From Squalus acanthias (Eukaryota), in NCBI GenBank assembly GCA_030390025.1, contig CM059432.1:35838001-35902000 (forward strand): a DNA stretch of 64,000 nt, read 5' to 3'. The stretch's first letter is position 1, and every line of letters starts with the position of its first letter. Below the pieces are notes generated by a model that was given only the letters and a program-made list of their open reading frames with translations, had not been told where the DNA came from and did not search any database. A program made the translations under genes and the position numbers. Of this stretch, positions 47,463 through 60,034 are shown one piece after another.

Positions 47463-48528
47463 CTAAGAACAAAGAGACTGCATTAGATTGGATCAGCAGT
47501 CCACGTATAATCTGAACTGTCATGGAGCCAAGTCCCAAGGGGATTAAATATTAAAAAGGAGAAAAGCCCATTTAGTTCATTGATCCTATTCAACATCTAA
47601 TCTACCCCGTCTTTGACAAGGTCTCTTTGGAGTTGAGAGGGCAGATGGGGCCTCAGTTTAACATCTCATGCAAAAAACAGCACCTCCGACAGTGCAGCAC
47701 TCCATCAATACTGCACTGAAGTGTCAGCCTGGATTATGTGCTCAAATTTCTGGAGTGAGGCTTGAACCCACAACCTTCTGACTCAGAAGCAAGAGTGCTA
47801 CCACTGAGCCAAGGCTGACACTTTGGGGACTGCTTGGCTTGGAGACTCTTAAGCTCAGTGACGGGTTTCCACACTCATCATACAACTGGCTAACGAAATA
47901 AAAAAATGGAATTTGCACCACCCATTTAAAAGCCTGGCCATTTAGGATATGCACCGCTTGGCAAGGGTAACTCCGCACTCCCAGTGAGTGCAGGTCAGAC
48001 ATGCACAGTTACAATGTTGTATCCTTATTAAGGAATGACCAGTGGCTTAACGGAGTGACCACTGGCTCAGTGGTAGTATTCCTGCCTCTGAGACAGAAGG
48101 GTTGGGTTTGGGGCCCACTCCAGGAAGCCCGGCAAGCAGAGCACCGGCTTTGAATAATGGATTCACGTCCAGTGGCTGTTCTTGTCTGATGGATGTAGGT
48201 GCCACCCCTCATCCCCCCCCCCCCCCCCACATCGTAACGAGTAGGTGGGGCTCTTTAAACTTGGTTGCAGCCCATCTAGGCAACGGTACTGTGAAGATAA
48301 ACACCTCTATTTCCTAGAAAGTGGCTCAAGAATCTCATGTGAGATGCCCTAGCGTGCTTCACTCTGTATCTAACCTGTGCTATACCTGATCTGGGAGTGC
48401 TTGATGGGACAGTGTAGATGGAGCTTTACTCTGTATCTAACCCGTGCTAGACTTTCCATGGGAGTGCTGGATGCTGACACTGAGTTCAAAATTCACACCA
48501 CTTCCTAGTCTGACACCTATTCTAAATT

Positions 48529-48918
48529 TTCGAATCTGACCTCGGGTGACTGTCTGTGTGGAGTTTGCACATTCTCCCCGTGTCTGCGTGGGTTTCCTCC
48601 GGGTCCTCCGGTTTCCTCCCACAGTCCAAAAATGTGTGGGTTAGGTTGATTTGGCTATGATAAATTGACCCTTAGTGTTAGGGGGGATTAAATATGTGGG
48701 GTTATGGGGATAGGATGGGATATGTTAGGGGGAATTAAATACGTGGGGTTACGGGGGTAGGGTGGGATATGTGTACTGTGGGGATTAAAGCAGGGACAGG
48801 GTACTGGATTTGGATGATCAGCCATGATCGTATTGAATGGCGGAGCAGGCTCGACGGGCCGAATGGCCTACTCCTGCTCCTAGATTCTATGTTTCTATGT
48901 TTTATGTTTCTATGTTTC
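48529..48918 (+). mobile_element. HE1-type V-SINE, 5'-truncated
   Basis: V domain 'ctgtgtggagtttgcacattctccccgtgtctgcgtgggtttcctccggg...ccggtttcctcccaca' with a CR1-type tail. Confidence 0.85.
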
Positions 48919-49013
48919 CACAGCCCAGTTCAAATTTTCACTGGGGCTTCCTCACACTCAGACAGACAGCCACTTTCACAATTAGACCCACTGCAGTCGA
49001 GTCTCCCTCCTAC

Positions 49014-49109
49014 CTCTTGTTTGTCTGGCTTGTGTACAGGAACTTTGTAGTTGGCACTGGACAGACAGATCTCAACAGCTCCCAGGGCTCCAGACCAATG
49101 CTGACACCG
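49014..49109 (-). pseudogene. TUBZ1: Zeta-tubulin-like exon (96 bp)
   Basis: ttttgaag|c...aagag|gtagga. Encodes (S)GVSIGLEPWELLRSVCPVPTTKFLYTSQTNK(R); phase 2-2. Confidence 0.88.
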
Positions 49110-51289
49110 CTTCAAAAAAAAACACACAAAACAGTTAGAGAATGAAACAAATCAACTTGTGGTACAAACAGATGGCCACGCCATGCTGTGGCACTTCTAC
49201 AAATGTAAGCCCAAACCTTGAACATTGGTGGCTCAATCACCGTTATGGCATCACAGCCATGTCCAATGCTATCCTCATCCAAAGTCCATACACACACTTT
49301 CCAGCAGGGGTGGGTTCAGTAAAGAGGCCCTTCAGCCCATTTTTCTTTCCTTGTCCCTAGATCAAGGTTACTGAGGCCAACTCCTACCGCCCCCTGCTGA
49401 GATGTGAAATGCAAAAATCAGCCTCTTGCTGATGGTTATCCAGTGACCCAATGTCCAACTGGTATTGTGAGAGGATGAAATCAAATGGATTGAAGTGCCT
49501 TTTTCACCAGAACCCATCTAGCGACCCCTGTCAAGGAATTGTACATGACAAGGATGACAGGATTTGGATGCCTTCTACAGTCAGATAGTTGGTCAACACT
49601 CATTCTTTGGGCTCACGTATGAAGTGGCCACTTGGGTGCGGTACCAGAGGGCTGCTGGTGCCAGTACAACCGAACAGTGTCGCAACAAGAGTTAACACTT
49701 GCGGTGATGGAAGGGGAGAGAAATAGTAGGGTTAGAGAAAGCCACAGCCTCAACTGTCCAACTCCATTTGAGTATCACTGTGTTTGTCCTTTTGGGGCTG
49801 TTTTAATTAGAACAGTGGAGATTACAGGGTGATTGTGAAGGGATGGGACAGAGGAGATAGAAACAGTAAGTCATTCAGGGTCCAGAATGAGGGAACATAG
49901 TTATAAGATTAAATGTAAGAGATGTAGGACAGAGAGCAGGAAAAACTTTTTTTTTTTTTACACAGTGGGTTGTGAGTCAGTGGTTGAAGCAAAGACCATG
50001 TCAACATTTAAGAATAGTTAGCTAAGTAGATGACGGAAAGGGGGATAAATGGAAATGGGAACAGAGCAGTCACATGGATTAGGACTGCGGCTCATGTGGA
50101 GGATAAACTGGTTGGGCCAAATGGCCTGTTTCCTTTTGGTAAATTCTATGTAATCCTTGGGCCTGACTAGGTTCATGCCACTCAGGAAAGTTTGTCTTGC
50201 CAAAGTTCTCTATTTCTTCCTCTCTCCTAAAAACAGTGGCTTTCACTGTACTGCAATCCCACAGATGTCTTTGCCAACTTGCCGAAATGGCCAAATATCA
50301 TTGTGTGGGCAGTGAGTGTCAGCAGGCTGTTTGACCGTGTTGGGTATGGAAGATAGGAGCCAAGCCTGGTACTGTCCTCAACCAATCTGTATACACACAC
50401 ACACATGTAGTTCCAACATAGGTCACTGGACAGTGACCTGGAGTAGCCCAGAAGCATTCAAGCCATTTGTGACACGCCAAGTAAGGGATCAGCTACCTCA
50501 GCACAGACCGGAGACCAATTCGGGGACCTTCTGGTCTGTGCCTCAATTCTAGGTTCAATCCTTTAACAAATGAGTCATTAGAAAGTCTACAACTCCATTT
50601 TTAAAAGGCGTTAGTCAACACATCGTCACCTGGGAGTCTAGGCCACAGATCTGTGGGGAATAAAATTCCTTCTGATGCTAAATCTTCCTTGAAGTATTTT
50701 AGTCTTATGCTGGCTGTGAAAATATAAATTGGAAGGCAAAATTCAAGGTTTCCTTAATCAAAGGCCAACCATAGGGAAAGTGCCCATGCTTCTCCTAGGC
50801 CCAGAGCCAGACTAGTGTAATTGTGTCAATCTTTTTCATACAGGACTTTTCAGGGAAATGCTCATTTAATAGATGAGTAAACTAGAGCCAATTTACAGTA
50901 AATTTGGTTCTTAAGAAGATTACTCGTGACGCTAAGGGGATTAAAACCAGGGACCCTCCCCCACCCCTACACCCCCCCACCCCCCATTTGAAAACGCCAT
51001 CTATTGGCACTACTACCAGGCAAAATATGTCAATCATCCAACTCTGAGTACAGGACTAAAAGTACGATTACTCATTACCATTAGAGCAGAAGTTCCCAAA
51101 CTGGGGATTGGGGGGCGCAAAGGTTATCAGGGGTTCAGGAAGACACATGGGTTTTGTCACTCAAACCTGAGACTACCGGTACATAGTACCAAAGCATCAT
51201 TGACCAATCTGCTCACGTCACGTCAGTAGCCCCTAGCTCCTGTGTGCTACATAACTGACGTGAATGTGACGTTTGGTGTTTTACGAATG

Positions 51290-51917
51290 AACATAGGAAC
51301 AGGAGTAGGCCATTTAGCCCCTTGAGCCTGCTCCGCCATTCAATGAGATTATGGATGGTCTGTGACCTAACTCCATACACCCACCTTTTCCCCATATCCC
51401 TTAATACCTTTGGTTAACAAAAATCCATCAATCTCAGATTTGAAATTAACAATTGACATAACCTTAATTGTTATTTGTGGAAGAGAGTTCCAAACTTCAC
51501 CCACCCTTTGCGTGTAGAAGTGTTTCTTAACTTCACTCCTGAAAGGCCTGGCTCTAATTTTTAGGTTATGCCCTCAGTCCTCGACTCCCCAACCAGCAGA
51601 AATAGTTTCTCTCTATCTACCATATCTGTTCCCCTTTATATCTTCAAAACTTTGATTAAATCACCCCTTAACCTTCTAAATTCCAGGGAATACAACCCTA
51701 ATTTGTGTAATCTCTCCTCGTAATTTAACCCTTGGAGTCTGCGTATCATTCTGGTAAATCTACGCTGCGCTCCCTCCAAGGCCAATATATCCTTCCTGAG
51801 GTGTGGTGCCCAGAACTGCTCTCAGTACTCCAGGTGTGGTCTAACCAGGGCTTTGTATAGCTGTAGCATAACTTCTACCCCCTTGTATTCTAGTCCTCTA
51901 GATATAAAGGTCAGCAT
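51290..51917 (-). mobile_element. CR1 3' fragment
   Basis: Reverse complement of the CR1 ORF2 C-terminus and tail. Confidence 0.8.
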
Positions 51918-52393
51918 GTTTTGATGGGTAAAGTTGAGGATTTTGATCCTGGGGAAGGATGTGGAACTGGGCAAAAAAGAAAACTATTAACTATGATCCT
52001 TCCTACTTGGACTTTCATAAGGGAATTGGATATATACTTGAAAAGAAAAAATTTGCTGTGCTATAGGGAAAGTGCAGGGGAATGGGACTAGCTGGATCAC
52101 TCTTTCAAAGAGCCAGCGCAGGCACTATGGGTCAAATGGCCTCCTTCTGTGCTGTATAATTGATTCTATGACTTGGGATTCTTATTTGCTGGCTCTCGAT
52201 CAGCAGTGTGTTGTTTCTTAGAAAGGGAGGGACATGAATCTCCAAAGGGGGATGCAACAAAAAAAGATTAGGAAGCTCTGGGGTTAAGAGGCATTATTCT
52301 GACAGAGGAGTAGTTTCTCTCCCTCTCACTCCGTGCCCCTCAGCACCCTGATTGTTCTTTGACTCTACCTTTGCCACATACAGTATATCCTAC

Positions 52394-52552
52394 CTTCGTG
52401 TTCGGAGGCTGCTCACTGGGTACATCAGTCCCGCCAGGCAGGAAGCGACATGCGTGTTCATGTCGGACAAATAAATTTGCAGCTGTGGAGTTGGGATCTT
52501 CTTTCCACACAACACGTCATCATTGTGAAATAGGAGTACTCCGTCGGCATAC
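52394..52552 (-). pseudogene. TUBZ1: Zeta-tubulin-like exon (159 bp)
   Basis: ctttgcag|g...cgaag|gtagga. Encodes (R)YADGVLLFHNDDVLCGKKIPTPQLQIYLSDMNTHVASCLAGLMYPVSSLRTR(S), the tubulin 'D....ND.L...MN..IA' region. Confidence 0.88.
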
Positions 52553-53348
52553 CTGCAAAGATGTCAAATACAAAAAAAAATGATGCTAAACGGAACAGCC
52601 TAAGTTGGATTTCAACCTCGGGTCCTCCAGCTGAAAGGAGGGTGTGCCGATTCAAGTGTCATTCAGCCTAAGGGGGGAAATGTCCTCCGTCTATTGACCT
52701 CAATCATATTTTTAGTATAGCATATGTACTGATTTAGGTATCGGCCTTGGCTCAGTTGGTAGCACTGTTGCCTCTGAGTCAGGAGGTTGCGTTCATCCAG
52801 GAGAACTCCCATTCTCTTGTGCAAAAAGTGTCATGGGATCTTTTACATCCACCTGAGAGCGTCGACGGGGCCTCTGTTTTATGTCTCATCTGAAAGACAG
52901 CACCTCCGACAGTGCACCACTGCCTCAGTACTACAGTGGAGTGTCAGCCTGGATTATGTGCTAAAGCACGTAGTGGGGCTGGAACCCACAACCGTCCGAT
53001 TAAGAGGGGAGAGTGCTTCCAACTGAGCCAAACTGGCAAGTATAATGGAACAAATGTCAGACTACGGTACTCAAGAGTTCTTTTCTTTCTGAGGTTGGGT
53101 CTAAGATATCCTTGTGACACAGTAGAGGAAGCTTCGCTTCGTAACTAACCCGTGATTTATCTGACCGGAGGAAGCGTCAGGGAAATGTGACTCTGCATCT
53201 CGTCAGTGTACCTGATCTGAGACTGCTCAATGCTGCCCCCCTGGCTGCCTGAAATGGAAAGTGTTCCATTCATCTTGAGGAGCACAGAAATTCATACACA
53301 CAAAAGAAATCTTATTTAAAGCATAAAACAGCCAGAGTGTGGAGTTAG

Positions 53349-53490
53349 CTCTGGAGCCAGGGAAGGCAGAGCAGCGAGTTGTAGTGTTGCAGTGGGCTTT
53401 CCCCCGCCTGGTGTGGAGCGACCGTCACAGAGAGAATGTGACCCATGGGAAACTCCTCTCGGATTGATTCACACAAACGTGCTCCCAATC
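53349..53490 (-). pseudogene. TUBZ1: Zeta-tubulin-like exon (142 bp) with mutated donor
   Basis: ttctctag|ga. Encodes (G)LGARLCESIREEFPMGHILSVTVAPHQAGESPLQHYNSLLCLPWLQ(R), the segment right after the tubulin GGGTGSG loop. The donor reads ag|ctaact. Confidence 0.88.
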
Positions 53491-53717
53491 CTAGAGAAAA
53501 ATAACATTCACCAGATCATAGTTTTGAAAGGCTACAAGGCCCAACAGGAACAGTTCTCTCCATTGACCAGTCATCACCTCCCACCTTCTCCTTGGCTCTG
53601 TGGTAGCGCTCTGACTTCTGAGACAGAAGGTCATGGGTTCAAGTCCCACTCCAGAGACTTGAGCACACGATCTAGTCTGACACTCCTAGTGCTGCACTTT
53701 CTGAGGCGCCGTCCTTT

Positions 53718-54166
53718 GGGGCAACACGGTGGCATAGTGGTTAGCACTGGTGCCTCACAGCGCCAGAGACCCGGGTTCGAATCTGGCCTCGGGTGACTGT
53801 CTGTGTGGAGTTTGCACATTCTCCCTGTGTCTGCGTGGGTTTCCTCCGGGTGCTCCGGTTTCCTCCCACAGTCCAAAAATGTGCGGGTTAGGTTGATTTG
53901 GCTATGATAAATTGACCCTTAGTGTTAGGGGGGGATTAAATATGTGGGGTTACAGGGATAGGATGGGATATGTTAGGGGGAATTAAATACGTGGGGTTAC
54001 GGGGATAGGGTGGGATATGTGTCGGTGCAGGCTCGATGGGGATTCTGTATGAGAAAGCAGGGACAGGGTACTGGATTTGGATGATCAGCCATGATCGTAT
54101 TGAATGGTGGAGCAGGCTCGACGGGCCGAATGGCCTACTCCTGCTCCTAGTTTCTATGTTTCTATG
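53718..54166 (+). mobile_element. Full-length HE1-type V-SINE inserted in a Deu-type SINE
   Basis: tRNA head (tggcatagtgg A box, gggttcgaatc B box), V domain, CR1-type tail with (ttctatgt)n. Confidence 0.9.
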
Positions 54167-55282
54167 AGGCATTAAACCGAGGCCCCGTTTGCCCTCTCAG
54201 GTGGATGGAAAAGATCCCGTGGCACTATTTTGAAGAAGAGCAGGGGAATTCTCCCCGGTGTCCTGACCAACAGTTATCCCTCAACCAACACCTAAAACAG
54301 ATTATCCGGTCATTTATCTCATTACTGTTTCTGGGACCTTGCTGTGCGCTCATTGGCTGCCGCATTTCCCGACACTGCAACAGTGACTGCACTTCAAAAG
54401 TACTTCATTGGCTGTGAAGGGCTGAGGTCGTGAAAGGCGCTATATAAATGCAAGATCTTACTTTCTTTTGCCTAAAGTTTGACATTGGCTCAGTTGGTAG
54501 CACCGTCGCCTCCGTGTCAGAAAGTTGTAGGTTTAATACCACTAGTGCACACCAGTATCAAGTAGGAAGGCTAAGCAGCATTATATAATGGGTTGGCCCA
54601 ACTAAAAGTACAACTTCAAATGATTGCCAACACGGCCTGATGTCTGAATGGGACAGTGTCGTGTATGAAGCTGCAGGCCCACGATTTAGAGTCCTAAGGA
54701 GGCATTAACTGTCTTCACACAAAAAAACTGTGTTCACCCGAACTCTTGTTGTTTTTGGAACTGGACGAGCCATGCCTCATCCTCACCGCAATCAATGACT
54801 CATTGATGTGCTTTGCTGGATTCGTGCTGCGTGTTATCAAAAAACAAAAGTGGAAGTGTTCCTTTTTCAGCCTTGTTTATGTCAAACGAAGTGAGTTTAC
54901 CTCCACAATCCGAGTGGGGTCTAGTTTTCTTTCTGAGCGGCGAAGAGGCTCCTGCGATTTTGAGGCCCCCACCTCATTTTAAATGCAGCAGCCGAGCAGG
55001 TGCAGCTCGCCCGACTGAGGCCTCCAGATCCGGCTTGGGCGGCCGCCACCAGGGTAAGTTGTGGGAAGTGTCAGGATTGCAGAGGGTGGGGGTCCCGGGG
55101 TGGCAGCGGCCCAGCACCCCTGCTCCTCCGGGGCCTACAAAAATAATTCAATCCTTACCTTTGGCGGCCTATTTGGTTCCATTGCCCATGGAACTGATCA
55201 GAGTGTGCACTGCGCTGGCTCCGACCAGTTCCGAACTAAAATGGCAATCCGGGTCCAATTTACAACATAGGACACCGATTTC

Positions 55283-55835
55283 ATAGAAACATAGAAAAAT
55301 AGGAGCAGGAGTAGGCCATTCGGCCCTTCGAGCCTGCTCCGCCATTCAATATGATCATGGCTGATCCTCTATCTCAATACCATATTCCGCTCTCTCCCCA
55401 TACCCCTTGATGCCTTTTGTGTCTAGAAATCTATCTATCTCCTTCTTAAATATATTCAGTGACTCGGCCTCCACAGCCTTCTGTGGGAGAGAATTCCACA
55501 GCTTCACCACCCTCTGAATGAAGAAATTTCTCCTCATCTCAGTCCTAAATGTCCTACCCCGTATCCTGAGACTGTGACCCCTCGTTCTAGAACCCCCAGC
55601 CAGGGGAAACATCCTCCCTGTATCCAGTCTGTCTAGCCCTGTCAGAATTTTATACGTTTCAATGAGATCCCCTCTCATTCTTCTAAACTCTAGTGAATAC
55701 AGGCCTAGTTGACCCAATCTCTCCTCATACGACAGTCCTGCCATCCCAGGAACCAGTCTGGTGAACCTTCGCTGCACTCCCTCTATGGCAAGTATATCCT
55801 TCCTTAGGTAAGGAGACCAAAACTGCACACAATTT
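55283..55835 (-). mobile_element. CR1 3' fragment
   Basis: ORF 55355-55828: QFWSPYLRKDIL...GIKGYGERAEYG. Confidence 0.88.
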
Positions 55836-55939
55836 CCACATTAAAAGGGTCCTATCGCCTGAAGCAGCCGGGTGCTTTGGTCACCTTTCAAAATGGATCC
55901 GGCCGCATCACCTTTGTAATGCTACTGACCTTATTTTGT

Positions 55940-56085
55940 CCATGATGGGGTAGATTGTACAGGATCTGTGAGAGGAGAATAAAGGGTTGTGTAGAGTCCA
56001 TGATCGGGTAGATTGTACAGGGTCTGTGGGAGGAGAATAAAGGGGTGAGTAGAGTCCATGATCAGGTAGATTGTACAGGATCTGT
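55940..56085. repeat. Short tandem repeat, ~58-bp unit, ~2.5 copies
   Basis: catgatcgggtagattgtacagg(a/g)tctgtgggaggagaataaaggg...tagagtc. A related reverse-complement array lies at ~31050-31200. Confidence 0.65.
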
Positions 56086-57414
56086 TGGGGGGAACAGGCC
56101 TGATGGGCCTTTTCTCATTCCAACTGCTGATTGATGTTAGTAACATGCCAATCACAACCAAATGGTTGGGGGGTAGATCTCATTTGCAACTGTTTCTGTT
56201 TTTATATGCATCGGGATTTCTGAGCAGCCAGTTGCCATGCAATAGATCTGCCATATGCACAAGATCTAACAGAGCCCGTACGGAGGGAAACATTTCTGCA
56301 CCCGGCATACTTCAACAGCGGCAACTTACAACTCCCTTCATGTATTGAATATCCCCAAGCACTTCACAGGGGACTGGAGGACAGAGAGAAAGAAATGGGA
56401 AAGAAAGTTTAGAGAGTGACTCTAGATCTGGTCACAGAGGGATTTCAAAGTGGTCAAGAAATAAACAAGGTGGAGGAAATAAACCACACAAAATAAAATC
56501 ACTGTCCGAGTGAAACTCCAGCTGTTTTAAGCTTCCCCTGTGGCCTGGTTGATAAATATACTGGCCATTGTGCAGGAAAGTGGGGGAGATACAAGATCAG
56601 CCTTAGTGCCCCTCAGCTAAGAAAGGTTAAAAAAGGAAAAGGACACATGCACAGACAGGATCGTGGTCAGTGTGATGGTAACCCTAGTTGAATAGCCTGG
56701 CGACACTCAGCTTGAAATTGCAGTAATTATGGGAGTTTGTATTTCATTTCAGCTGGACTAAAGTAGAGGGATATCACACTGCCTTATTTCCACCCATTGG
56801 TGCACAGGTTTCCACTAGAGAATTGCCACTCTGGGCAAGGTCCCAGAGAGCTGTTGGCTCCTGTGAAACCGGACCTTGGCGTGGAGTCAGTGCCTCAAAG
56901 GAGGGGGTGGGGGGAGAGGTAATCTGCAAAGATCCACAAACCCTGCCTGGCTGCAGTTCTGGTGCAGAACCTCCCAGGAACAGGAACAACAGATAACAGA
57001 CTGCGTCTCACTCCTGCATTCCCGCTAGTTTTATTATCTTGTGTAAAAGCAGCAGGGGAGAGGTCACTTTCCTCCTCAAGTACTTTATGCCAGACACATT
57101 AAACCAGGCTGTCCAAAGACTTTGCTCCTTAACTAACCATGAACAGCTTTGTGTGCTCTAGGAAGCTTGTTGCAGCATGGAGGGGCAGTAGTAATTTCGC
57201 ACTCTCTCTGTGTTTCCCTGAAATACATTTTTTTTGAATTCTGATGTAAAATATTATTGTGTCAGGTGGGTGACAATTGCCTCTCCTCGCCACCCCCTGA
57301 AGGTGCTATCTCATGCTGTGATGCTGTGCTACAGCTCCAACAGGAACAACACCCTCTAGCGTCTTGTTCAATCAGCTGTACTTCATCCATGAGCCGAGAC
57401 AGGTGAGAGCCAGT

Positions 57415-58480
57415 TGGACTATTTAGTGCAGAGAAGTAAGAAGTGATGCATTTTGGGAGGAAGAATGAGGAAAGGCAATATGAACTCAATCATACAATTT
57501 TAAAGGGGGTGCAGGAACAGAGAGACCTGGGAGTTCACATACATAAATCTTTGAAGGTGGCAAGCTGTTAAAAAAACATAGGAGATTGGCAGAAGAACCA
57601 AAGGAGACATGAGGAAAAACCTTTTTACGCAGCGAGTGGTTAGGGTCTGGAATGCACTGCCTGAAAGGGTGGTGGAGGCAGACTCGATCGTGGCTTTCAA
57701 AAGGGAGTTGGATAAGTACCTGAAGGAAAAAAAATTGCAGGGCTACGGGGAAAGGGCAGGGGCAGTGGGACTAGCTGAAGTGCTCTTGCAGAGAGCCGGC
57801 ACGGGCTCGATGGGCTGAATGGCCTCCTTCTGTGCTGTAACCATTCTATGATTCTTTCCTGGGCTTTACAAATAGAGGCATAGAGTACAAAAGCAAGGAA
57901 GTTATGGTAAACCTTTATAAATCACTGGTTAGGCCTCAGCTGGAGTATTGTGTTCAATTCTGGGCACCAGAGTTTAGGAAGGATGTCAAGGCCTTGGACA
58001 GGGTGCAGAGGACATTTATAGAATGGTACCAGGGATGAGGGACTTCAGTTGTACGGAGAGACTAGAGAACCTGGGATTGTTCTCCTTAGAGCAGAGAAGA
58101 TTAAGGCGAGATTTAATAGGTGTTCAAAATTATGAGGGGTTTTGACACAGTAAATAAGGAGAAACTGTTTCCACTGACAGGTGGGTCGGTAACCAGCATA
58201 CAGATTTAAGATATTTAGCAAAAGAACAAGGGGGGGAATGAGGAGAATTTTTTTTACGCAGCAAGTTGTTATGATCTGGAATTCACTCCCTGAAAGGGTG
58301 GTGAAGCAGATTCAACAGTAACTTTCAAACAGGAATTAGATATAAACTTGAGAAGGAAAAATTTGCTGGGCTATGGGGAAAGAGTGGGGGATTGGGACTA
58401 ATTGGATACTTCTTTCAAAGAGCCGGTACAGACACGATGGGCTGAATGGCCTCCTTCTGTGCTGTTTGATTCTAATTCTA
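57415..58480 (+). mobile_element. CR1 3' region with a second CR1 tail nested at ~57578-57855
   Basis: EK.EVMHFGRKN...RDLGVH is followed by an inserted 3' end, then GFTNRGIEYKSK... resumes. Confidence 0.75.
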
Positions 58481-59894
58481 TAAAAATAAGCAATGTCAAC
58501 ACACCCCTGCTTCCCTCACCCTCTGCTTGACAGAGTTTTGCCCTTTTAAAAACAAAGAAAAATAAGCTGGAGATACTCAGGTCTGAGGAAGAGCCTTAGA
58601 CCTGAAACATCAACTGACTTGCATAGAGTCTACAGCACAGAAACATTAGGCCCAACTGGTCTGTGCCAGCATTTATGCTCCACACAAATTGTACATCCAA
58701 TTCCCAAATCCAAATTGTTTATGTAAATTATGAACAAGTGGTCCCAGCTTCCCACCTTTTGCCAGTCTGAGTAGCAACCCTTAACACTTACTCTCTGTTT
58801 TCTGCTCTGTAGCCAACTTGCTATCCATTCTGCTACTTGTCCCCTAACGCCACATGCTCTGACCTTAGTCATGAGTCTAATGTGCGGTACCTTATCGAAA
58901 GCCCTTTGAAAATCCAATACATGACTGACTTCTGTTTCTCCACAGACGGGCTGAGCATTTCCAGCTGGTGATCTGGAATGCACTATCTGAAAAGGTGGTA
59001 GAAGCAGATTCAGTAGTAACTAAATGTTGGCTAGAAGGCCGCCTCCCTGCCCCACTTCAAGTATTGCCGTGGCATTTTAATGTCCATCAGAACAGGGCAT
59101 CAGCTAAACTTCTCACCAAAAGGGCAACCCCTCCAACAACGGAGCACTCACAATATGGACACAAGATGAAGGAGACCATTCACTCAGAAGGACCTACAGT
59201 CCACCAATCATAGCATCCAATTGTTTGTTAAATGATTACAAGGTTTATTTTTGGCTTCACAAACTGGGATGTCTGCCTTGTGTTCCGTTCACTAAAACTC
59301 AATGAGTTTTTATGATCAGCCTAAAGGGGTGGTGGAAGCAGACTCAATAGTAACTTTCGAAAGAGAATTGGATCTATACTTGAAAAGGAAAAATTTGCAG
59401 GGCTATGGGGAAAGAGAAGGGGAGTAGGACTAATTAGACAGCTCTTTCAAGCATAGACTCTGGGGCGATTTGATTCAGGTCAATAAAATAATGAAGGGAC
59501 TAGATTGTGTGCACACTGACAAATTATTTCAATTAGATAGGTTATGTGGAAAGATTAGAGAAGCTGGGACTGTTCTCCACAGAGCAGAGAAAGTTAAGGG
59601 GAGATTTGATAGAGTTGTTCAAAATCATGCACGGTTTTGATAGAGTAACTAAGGAGAAACTGTTTCCAGTGGCAGGAGGGTCAGTAGCCAGAGGACACAG
59701 ATTTAAGGTAATTGGCAAAAAATACAGAGGCGACATGAAGAAAGACTTTTTAAGTAGTGAGTTGTAATGATCTGGAATGCATTGCCTGAAAGGGTGATAG
59801 TGGTCACGATGCGGAGATGCCGGTGTTGGACTGGGGTGGACAAAAATGAGAAGTCGCACAACACCAGGTTATAGTCCAACAGTTTTATTTGAAA

Positions 59895-59935
59895 TCACAA
59901 GCTTTCGGAGCTTACGTGGCCCCTTCCTCAGGTGA
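59895..59935 (-). ncRNA. Mirror copy of the minimal hammerhead motif
   Basis: Exact reverse complement of 60035-60075 in the left arm. Confidence 0.75.
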
Positions 59936-60034
59936 AGTAAAGAAATACAGACTCGACAAAGCATATATAGATGTAAGTTACACATGCATTGTTCTCTATC
60001 TATATATGCTTTGTCGAGTCTGTATTTCTTTACT

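Noticed and set aside
30692..53490. Assignment as canonical delta-tubulin TUBD1
   Set aside because: Motifs PLQHYN, EPWELLRSVCP and AYLHWY fit remembered zeta-tubulin rather than delta (VQNYN, AYIHQY). Not confirmed without a phylogeny.
57266..57402. Possible plus-strand exon (gtcag|gtgggt...gacag|gtgaga) with one open frame
   Set aside because: No recognisable protein, weak acceptor tract and no convincing partner exons. It could be non-coding but is unsupported.
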